DNA of 40,653 bases from an archaeon (lineage in GTDB: Archaea; B1Sed10-29; JAJSAI01), in contig JAJSAI010000010.1 in NCBI GenBank assembly GCA_024274695.1, positions 1 through 40,653 on the forward strand, written 5' to 3'. The position numbers and the translations under genes were made by a program. The notes under the pieces were generated by a model that saw only the letters and a list, made by a program, of their open reading frames with translations, did no database searches and was not told the DNA's origin. Positions 18,206-25,054 of this stretch are shown one piece after another. Positions within the stretch are counted from its first letter, which is position 1. Each line of letters starts with the position of its first letter.

Positions 18206-18734
18206 GTGAGGATAACGTGAGAGAAATTCGTACAAAATTTTTGCAATAGCATCGGTGGTGGAAGCAAATGGGAATGGTAATGGACTGAAGGGTGAAGAAG
18301 ATAGGAGCACAGAAGGTTCAAAAAATGTGAGAGATCTGACAGTCTGGTTTCACAAAGAGATAAATGCTTTGCGCCTTGAAAGGAAGCATAACCCCATCAA
18401 ACGCTGAAAAAAGACCTGAACAAACTTGCATTCATTGTGAGAGTTTTCCTATTTTAAGAAAAACCAAAAAGAGGCGGGAAAAAAGTCCAGTGTGTTTTAA
18501 AAATTATTACAAAATTTGTGAGAGAACGTGGGAGGGACGGAGAAAAGAAGAGATGTGAGAGAAAAAGGAGTGAGGAGGTGTGAGAAGAAGACCGCGCAGG
18601 TCCACGATACAACAGTTCGTGAGAGATCATGAAGACCAGCGCGCATTACAGCCGTTAGTGTGAGAAACTCTGCTAAAAACGTGAGGGTTCTAAGCCAAGC
18701 GCTGGCGTTGTAGAATAGCCGGAATGTGTGAGAA
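18206..18734 (+). repeat. Dispersed array of 12 same-strand GTGAG(A/G) motifs
   Basis: Cores at 18206, 18217, 18327, 18437, 18518, 18555, 18570, 18580, 18619, 18660, 18681 and 18728. Confidence 0.7.
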
Positions 18735-18779
18735 AAACATTCAAGTCTAACGCGCATTCTAGAAAGTGCAGGAGACGGG

Positions 18780-19082
18780 CTAGTCAAACGCTTAGTCAGA
18801 CTAATCATGCTCAAAAAAGTGTTAGTCAGGGGATTAGTCAGAACCTTAGTCAGCTTAGTCATGTTAGTCAAGGGTTAGTCAAACGCTTAGTCAACTTAGT
18901 CACGAGCGTAGTCAAAAGCTTAGTCAGCTTAGACACGGCTTAGTCATGACTAATAGTCAAACGGTCTTGACTAAGGTGCTTTTGACTAAGCTAAAGCAAA
19001 AAATGACACACGTGGGCTTAGTCAGAGGGTTAGTCAAGTTTGACTAAACCCTTAGTCAAGGTTTAGTCATGACTAATAGTCA
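18780..19082. repeat. Dense array of ~24 (T)TAGTCA motifs (19 forward, 5 reverse), iteron- or centromere-like
   Basis: Forward TAGTCA at 18781, 18793, 18823, 18835, 18847, 18856, 18865, 18876, 18888, 18897, 18909, 18921, 18941, 18954, 19019, 19031, 19053, 19064 and 19077; reverse TGACTAA at 18947, 18968, 18983, 19041 and 19070. Confidence 0.95.
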
Positions 19083-19135
19083 GGTTTAAATACCTGTAAA
19101 GCCTTGTCTAACACGAAGTAAGGGGGTCTTAGACC

Positions 19136-20302
19136 ATGTGGTTCAAGACGTACGGTTTCAAAGAAAATCCGTTCAAGATAACACCAAAGCCAGAGTATAT
19201 GGTTGGATACGAATCGCAGGAGATCCAGGCAAAAGAAGCGATCACAAGCGGAGATATTATTGTAATAACAGGGCCAACAGGGTATGGCAAGACAACCTTG
19301 CTCAGGAAACTGAAAAACTGGGCAGCCAGACAAGGTTACAAGACTGTGTACTTTGACTGCACATATTCTCCGAGTGATCAGGTTAATTTCAGGGAACTGC
19401 TGAGCGTGAAAACGTTCTTTGGGCTCAGGAAAAGGCTTCCTGTGAAAAAGGACAGGATCGTGCTCTTCCTTGACGAAGTACAAAGACTCGGGAAGGACAA
19501 ACTGGAAGAACTCAAGTACTACTATGACTCTGAAAGAATACACTCCATCGTAATGTCTACCATAAGCCACTTGAACGTGCACGAGAGCATGAGAACAAGA
19601 GTGGCAGAAACGGTAAAACTGTGCAACCTGACTGCACACGACCTGCGTTCCATGATCCTAAAGAGGGTTGAAAAAGGCAAGAACCCGTTCTCTCCTGACG
19701 GGATAGAAGAAATCGTGCTCTTGTCAGGAAACAACCCGAGAAGTGTTCTAATAAACGCTGAGAAGGTGTGCAAGGTCTTGCACACTTCATTCCCAGAGGG
19801 TAATATTGGAAGAGAAGAGGTTTTATACGTGCTAAAGGGGGAAAAAACGGGCTGGTACAAACCTGTGGAAGTAAAAGAGATCGTTTCCGAGGAGCGTGAA
19901 AAAGGAGATAGTGTGCAGGATACTGCACAGGAAGCCCCTGTTTTCCCTGATTCTCTGGATTCAGAAAAACCTGCTGTTAAAGCCGAGAATACGAGTGTTT
20001 CAGCGCAGCAGGATGATCTTGTTTGGGCCTGGGAACTAAAGGACCTCTCACCCCTGCAGAAGAAGATAGTGAAGGTCTTGGCAGAAGCGGGCAGGCCCCT
20101 GTCGTATGAGGAGATCTGCCCTGCTGTGGGAGCAGGAAAGGGGAGTGTGGCGAAACAGCTGAGCAGATTAGCCCTAGTCTCGGACACTGAACTGATGAAC
20201 AAGAAGGGGATCACAGAGCCTGTTGTTTCAAAAATTGTTGCAGACGGGAAGTCTTTGTTCGAGCTCACCGAGAAGTACAGAAAACTTCTAGCGAGAGAGT
20301 GA
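19136..20302 (+). CDS. AAA+ ATPase (ExeA-like N-terminus) with an acidic linker and C-terminal winged helix
   Basis: WF..YGF.ENPF...P, GPTGYGKT, LFLDEVQ, MRTR and SGNNPR motifs; C-terminal LSPLQKKIV..L.....LSYEEIC..VG....SVAKQLSRL. Confidence 0.88.
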   Translation: MWFKTYGFKENPFKITPKPEYMVGYESQEIQAKEAITSGDIIVITGPTGYGKTTLLRKLKNWAARQGYKTVYFDCTYSPSDQVNFRELLSVKTFFGLRKRLPVKKDRIVLFLDEVQRLGKDKLEELKYYYDSERIHSIVMSTISHLNVHESMRTRVAETVKLCNLTAHDLRSMILKRVEKGKNPFSPDGIEEIVLLSGNNPRSVLINAEKVCKVLHTSFPEGNIGREEVLYVLKGEKTGWYKPVEVKEIVSEEREKGDSVQDTAQEAPVFPDSLDSEKPAVKAENTSVSAQQDDLVWAWELKDLSPLQKKIVKVLAEAGRPLSYEEICPAVGAGKGSVAKQLSRLALVSDTELMNKKGITEPVVSKIVADGKSLFELTEKYRKLLARE

Positions 20303-20434
20303 TGCCCTGGAAAAAGAGGAAGTAACCAGCACCCCCTAGACTTCCAGTATTCAGGAGGTCTTGCGGTTAGTAGGAATGTCCTCAGGGGGTTTGTGGGAAA
20401 AGCATAAAAACCTGGTTTAACCATAACGATTATT

Positions 20435-21046
20435 GTGAGTCAAAAAGAGTTTGATGAAATTGTTCTAAAATACTGCCAGTTCCCAATACCCAGGACAAGG
20501 TACATGATCCTGGAAGAACTAAAGAAAAACGGGTTCTGGAAGAAAACCCCTGCCAGAAGAGCAGTGTCACTGCTGAACAAAAAGCTTGAACCCCTGAAAG
20601 AAAAGGGGTTACTCCTGGAATATACTGAAAACGATTCAAGATGGAATGAAATGAGAGTACTCTTAAAAAAATATTGCACTGCTCATGGTCTGACAAAACC
20701 GAGAAGAGTGCAAAAAATTTATCAGACTAACTTCTTCTATTCTGGTAGAGAAATGTTCCTCCCTGTTTTAGGAGAACACAATTTCGTGCTAACAGCATTG
20801 TTCAGCAGGTTCAACAGGCCAAAGAACTTTGGCATGAGGGCGCTGAACTTGTTCCTGGCCTACGATCAGGATCCCGGCAGGATGAGGGTTAAAGCGTATA
20901 ATGTTCTTCCAGAAGAGGATGCTGAGGTTCTTGAGAAAGCCCTTGAGGCATCGGCCTGGATTGTTAGAGATTTCGGTCTTCCGTTCAAGCCTGACGTTGA
21001 TAATGCCTTGAGATTCCTTGAGGAGGTCGCAGGACATGGACCCTGA
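20435..21046 (+). CDS. Hypothetical protein, possible N-terminal winged helix
   Basis: 203-aa ORF coupled to ogt; the RYMILEEL...LEPLKEKGLL pattern is weakly HTH-like. Confidence 0.6.
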   Translation: MSQKEFDEIVLKYCQFPIPRTRYMILEELKKNGFWKKTPARRAVSLLNKKLEPLKEKGLLLEYTENDSRWNEMRVLLKKYCTAHGLTKPRRVQKIYQTNFFYSGREMFLPVLGEHNFVLTALFSRFNRPKNFGMRALNLFLAYDQDPGRMRVKAYNVLPEEDAEVLEKALEASAWIVRDFGLPFKPDVDNALRFLEEVAGHGP

Positions 21047-21335
21047 AATGAAAAAACTCTTGTATGCGCTGAAGCAGATACCAGAAGGCAGGGTCACCAC
21101 GTACAAGGCTTTGGGAGAGCGTTTGGGCTGGCATCCTCGGAAAGTTGCCAGAATGCTGTCCAAGAACCCTTTTCCTTTGTTGTTCCCTTGCCACAGGGTA
21201 GTGCATTCTGACGGCAGGATAGGAGGCTATACTCCCCACGGCAGTGACACAAAAGCAGGAATACTGGAAGTAGAGGGGGTCCCTATAAAAAACGGGAGAG
21301 TACAAAACCTTAAAAAATACTTGCACGAGTTCTGA
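21036..21335 (+). CDS. ogt: Single-domain methylated-DNA--protein-cysteine methyltransferase
   Basis: IPEGRVTTY, PCHRVV active site and L..EG motifs; GGAGGT SD. Confidence 0.9.
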   Translation: MDPEMKKLLYALKQIPEGRVTTYKALGERLGWHPRKVARMLSKNPFPLLFPCHRVVHSDGRIGGYTPHGSDTKAGILEVEGVPIKNGRVQNLKKYLHEF

Positions 21336-21346
21336 GACTCTGTCTT

Positions 21347-22098
21347 TTAGATCCTGCCCCTCAGGGTCTCAAACACTTTTAGCAGGATGGGTCTTGTCGT
21401 GTGGAACATTGACTTCCAGCCCTTCTCGTGAAGAACAAGGTCGCTCACCACGAAAACAGCTGCAGCTTCTATTCCCCTGCGTTGGGCGAAGGTGAACAGG
21501 GCCGCGGCCTCCATCTCAACGGTCTTGATCCCTTCCTCGCGGTACCTTTTGACCTCTTCAACCGTTTCCCTGAACGGTGCGTCCATCGTCCAGGTGGGCC
21601 CGACAGTGTACTTGACCCCCTGTTCGTCAAAAATTTTTGCTATCCTGTTGGTGAGTGTCTTGCTCGGGAAAGCGTACTTTGAGGGCTTGATATAATGGTA
21701 GCTTGTGCCCTCGTCCCTGAGGGCCTTGCTGCAAACCACAATACTTCCTGGCCTGACCTCGGGGTCCAGGGATCCTGCTTCTCCTATTATCACGAATCTC
21801 TTGGCTCCAACGGCCAGGAACTGCTCGGCGAACATGGTGCTGACAGCAGCTCCTTGCATGAACTTTGACACGCCGTAGCCCTTGCTTGATTCTCTGAGGT
21901 CAACCCATTTGATTACCTTGTTCCGTTTCAGTCCTCTCACGGCGTCCTGGAAGAAGCCGTCATTGTACGCGATGAAAATGGTGTCAGGTGCTTTTCTTTT
22001 GACCCGTGCATTTTGCTTTCATTGTACTTTTTCCACGCGGAGTGCGTGATTATCTCGTCATCAAGCTCCCATTTCCTTGGGAAAACGGGATACGCCAT
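21347..22098 (-). pseudogene. Uridine/purine nucleoside phosphorylase family, split by a frameshift near 21990-22015
   Basis: G.AGSL, ALRDEGTSYHY, TWT.DAPFRET, VEMEAAA and VSD motifs; the N-terminus MAYPVFP is in a different frame from KAPDTIFIAY. Confidence 0.8.
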
Positions 22099-22129
22099 CA
22101 GAATAACCTCATCCCACATCTTTTGAGGA

Positions 22130-22207
22130 TGGTAGCGGGGAGAGGATTTGAACCTCCGACCTCGGGGTTATGAGCCCCGCGGGCACTCCTGGCTGCCCTA
22201 CCCCGCT
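22130..22207 (-). tRNA. Initiator tRNA-Met (CAT), CCA encoded
   Basis: AGCGGGG...CTCATAA...GTTCAAATC...CCCCGCTACCA; A1-U72 pair and consecutive G-C pairs in the anticodon stem. Confidence 0.97.
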
Positions 22208-22282
22208 GTCACGCAAAGAACAGAGCCAGAACATTATATCACTCTAATCCTTTAAAAACATTGCCCGCGCATATACTCTTCA

Positions 22283-22347
22283 GGGGAATGAGGAGTTCAG
22301 TCTTATCCGAACGGCGGAGCATGAGGATAGACGGGCGGCCTGACCCC
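22283..22347 (+). ncRNA. C/D box guide sRNA
   Basis: GGGG-A-[C ATGAGGA]-12 nt-[D' CCGA]-10 nt-[C' ATGAGGA]-12 nt-[D CTGA]-CCCC, with TTTAAAAA about 25 nt upstream. Confidence 0.85.
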
Positions 22348-22378
22348 CTCCTGTTCACATTCGCCTTGTTCTCAGGGG

Positions 22379-24970
22379 TCAGATGTTCCTCCCGTACCCT
22401 TCTTCCAGGGGCACTGCCTTCATTATGATCCAGGTCAGCGCTATTCCTGTCAGCAGGCCCAGGAGCACGAACCCTCCTATTGCCGCGAGCTGGGCTATTG
22501 TGAGCGGCACGACACCGAACAGGCCCGTGAGGGGCGGGAAGTAAAGTACCAGCAACTGCATCCCGACAGAAACCGCCAGGGCTATGTCAAGCCACTTGTT
22601 CGCAAAGTAGGGCATTCCTTCTTCGTACCTTATCACGAACAGTCTCACGAACTCGTAGAACACGAACCCGGTGAAGGCCATGGTCTGGGCTGTCTTCGGT
22701 CCCCAGAGCATCAGTCCGACGAAGAACGTTAGCAGGATCATCAGTGCTTTCTTCGTTCCTATGACGAAGATCATCCACTTGAGCCTCTTGTCTACAACAC
22801 CCACTCTCTTGTCATGGGGCTTTCTTTTCATGACGTCCCTTGGGACTGGGTCCACTCCAAGGGTGAGGGCTATGGGACCGTCCGTGAGCAGGTTTATCCA
22901 CAGTAGCTGCGGGGCTGTCACGAGCAGGAGCCCGGAGGAAATGGACGCGAAGAACACTGAGATGACTTCCCCGACATTGCACGTTAGCAGGTAGTTCACG
23001 AACTTCCTGATGTTGTTGAATATTGTCCTGCCCTGTTTTATAGCCTCTTCTATCGTGGCGAAGTTGTCGTCCAAGAGTATCATGTCAGCAACTTCTCTTG
23101 AGACATCGCTTCCCCTGATGCCCATTGCTATTCCAACGTCAGCAGCCTTGAGCGCGGGAGCGTCGTTCACCCCGTCTCCTGTCACGGCCACCGAGTTACC
23201 GTGCTCCTGGAGCACTTTCACTATCCTGTACTTGTCAGCAGAGCTCGCTCTTGCCACCACGTCAACCGTTTCCAGGGCCCTGACAAGCTCTTTGTCGTTC
23301 ATCTTCTGAACGTCCGCTCCTGTTATCCCGTTTCCCTTGAGCCCGACCATCCTGGCTATTGTTACTGCCGTCTTAAGATGGTCTCCTGTGACCATTATCA
23401 CCTTTATGCCAGCGTTCTGGCACTCCCTTATTGCTCCTGGAACCTCTTTCCTGGGAGGGTCGAGCAGGGCTATGAGCCCGAGGAACACGAGCCCGTCTTC
23501 AGGCTCTTTTTTGTCCTTTGCCTTCTTGTACGCGAGCGCGAGGACCCTGTAACCTTTTCCGGCGAGCGCGTCGTTCTCTCTTATTATCTTCTCCGCGGAT
23601 TTCTTGTCAAGCCTTTTCTTCTTCCCGTTGACCATCACCCACTTGCTCTTCTCAAGAATCCTTTCAGGAGCCCCTTTGGTGAAGTAGTAGTACTCCCTGT
23701 TCTTCCTGGTTATCACTGTCATCATTTTCCTGTCAGAAGAAAAGGGTATCTCGCCCACCTTTTCCATCCTCTCGGAACCGATGTCCTGACAGGCTTCTAT
23801 TATGGCGATTTCTGTCGGGTCGCCTACCATCCTCCCTCCTGTCCGGATGACGTCATGACAGTGCAGGCCCACGGCCGCGATCATCCTGGCCGTCTCGCTC
23901 TTCTTGTCAAGCTTTTTCTTTTCCTTCCAGTCGTAGTACACTGCCACTGCTTTCATCCTGTTTTCGGTCAGGGTTCCTGTCTTGTCAGTGAGTATTATGT
24001 TAACGCTCGCCAGCCCTTCCACTACAGGAAGTTTTCTGACGAGAGCGTTCTTTTTCACCATCCGCTTCGTCCCGAGGGCCAGGGCGAGAGTGCTCACCGC
24101 GGGAAGGCCTTCTGGGACCGCTGCAACGGCAAGGCTGACGGACACTAGCAGCACCTGCAGTGGTTCCATTCCCTGGGCCAGGAGCACTCCTGCCATGACA
24201 ACCGTGCCTGCTATTATGGCCTTCCCTATTTTCTTCCCGAGAACGTTCATCTCCACCTGGAACGGGGTGAGAGAGTCTCTGGCCTCCTGTATCTTTCCAG
24301 CAATCCTGCCTATTTCCGTGTTCATTCCTGTTTCAACAACGACTGCTACAGCCTTTCCTTTGACCACGCTTGTCCCGGAGTACAGCATGTTCTTCCTGTC
24401 GGCCAGGGGTGTTTTCAGGGGCAGTACTCCTGCTTCCTTGGCTTCGGGAACACTTTCCCCGGTCAGGATGCTCTCGTCAGCCACGACCCCCTGTTCTTCT
24501 ATTATCCTGCAGTCAGCGGGGACCACGTCCCCTTGTTCTACTATTATGATGTCTCCTGGAACGAGTTCGGCCGCGTCAATTATCTTTTCCCTGCCGTTCC
24601 GCCTGACTATCGCCCGCTTTCTGACCATCTTCTTGAGCATTTCAATGCTCTTCTCCGCGTTATAGTCCTGCCAGAACCCGAGCACTCCGTTCAAGCCGAC
24701 GATTGTTATTATGAGGCCGGCGTCAGTGGCCTGTCCCACGAGCCCGGCGATGATCGCGGAAATGATGAGGACTATTATCAGAAAATCAGTGAACTGGGAC
24801 AAGAAAATGCTCAGCGGGCTGACCTTCTTGTACTCCTTCAGCTCGTTAGGCCCGTACTCTGCAAGCCTTTTTCCAGCTTCTTCCTCGCTCAGGCCCTCGA
24901 GCCCTGAGTCAAGCGCTTTCAGCACTTCTCTTACGCTCATCGCGTGCCATTTCCTGTCGCGCATGACCAT
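22379..24970 (-). CDS. Type IIA (Ca2+-like) P-type ATPase
   Basis: TGES, PEGL, DKTGT, KGAPE, TGD, GDGVNDAP and WINLLTDG motifs. Confidence 0.96.
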   Translation of the reverse strand: MVMRDRKWHAMSVREVLKALDSGLEGLSEEEAGKRLAEYGPNELKEYKKVSPLSIFLSQFTDFLIIVLIISAIIAGLVGQATDAGLIITIVGLNGVLGFWQDYNAEKSIEMLKKMVRKRAIVRRNGREKIIDAAELVPGDIIIVEQGDVVPADCRIIEEQGVVADESILTGESVPEAKEAGVLPLKTPLADRKNMLYSGTSVVKGKAVAVVVETGMNTEIGRIAGKIQEARDSLTPFQVEMNVLGKKIGKAIIAGTVVMAGVLLAQGMEPLQVLLVSVSLAVAAVPEGLPAVSTLALALGTKRMVKKNALVRKLPVVEGLASVNIILTDKTGTLTENRMKAVAVYYDWKEKKKLDKKSETARMIAAVGLHCHDVIRTGGRMVGDPTEIAIIEACQDIGSERMEKVGEIPFSSDRKMMTVITRKNREYYYFTKGAPERILEKSKWVMVNGKKKRLDKKSAEKIIRENDALAGKGYRVLALAYKKAKDKKEPEDGLVFLGLIALLDPPRKEVPGAIRECQNAGIKVIMVTGDHLKTAVTIARMVGLKGNGITGADVQKMNDKELVRALETVDVVARASSADKYRIVKVLQEHGNSVAVTGDGVNDAPALKAADVGIAMGIRGSDVSREVADMILLDDNFATIEEAIKQGRTIFNNIRKFVNYLLTCNVGEVISVFFASISSGLLLVTAPQLLWINLLTDGPIALTLGVDPVPRDVMKRKPHDKRVGVVDKRLKWMIFVIGTKKALMILLTFFVGLMLWGPKTAQTMAFTGFVFYEFVRLFVIRYEEGMPYFANKWLDIALAVSVGMQLLVLYFPPLTGLFGVVPLTIAQLAAIGGFVLLGLLTGIALTWIIMKAVPLEEGYGRNI

Positions 24971-25054
24971 AAGAAACTTTGTTCTGGTTTAAACGGTTTT
25001 CCCTCGGCACGGTCTCGTAATGTCTTTTGAGCCCGTCAGGCCAGTAACACTCTC

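Noticed and set aside
18497-18943. ORFs with LTK/LSQ/LVK repeats over the TTAGTCA array
   Set aside because: The motif changes frame and strand (11-bp steps, inverted copies) and continues past stop codons, so conservation is at the DNA level.
18780-19082. Degenerate CRISPR array or simple tandem repeat
   Set aside because: The unit is only 6-7 bp with short variable linkers and occurs in both orientations; there are no spacer-length unique segments.
19136-20302. ParA/SegA ATPase or transposon helper (TnsC/IstB)
   Set aside because: Walker A is GPTGYGKT, not the deviant KGGxGKT, and no transposase is present in the window. A canonical cdc6 label was also withheld because the N-terminus is ExeA-like.
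13037-22207. Provirus or plasmid integrated at tRNA-iMet
   Set aside because: No duplicate of the tRNA 3' end was seen near xer, and there are no viral structural genes.
23201-24907. Long antisense ORFs opposite the P-type ATPase (similar ones at 7281-7904, 19522-20424 and 32433-33608)
   Set aside because: These are shadow frames of well-supported genes and show no recognisable motifs.
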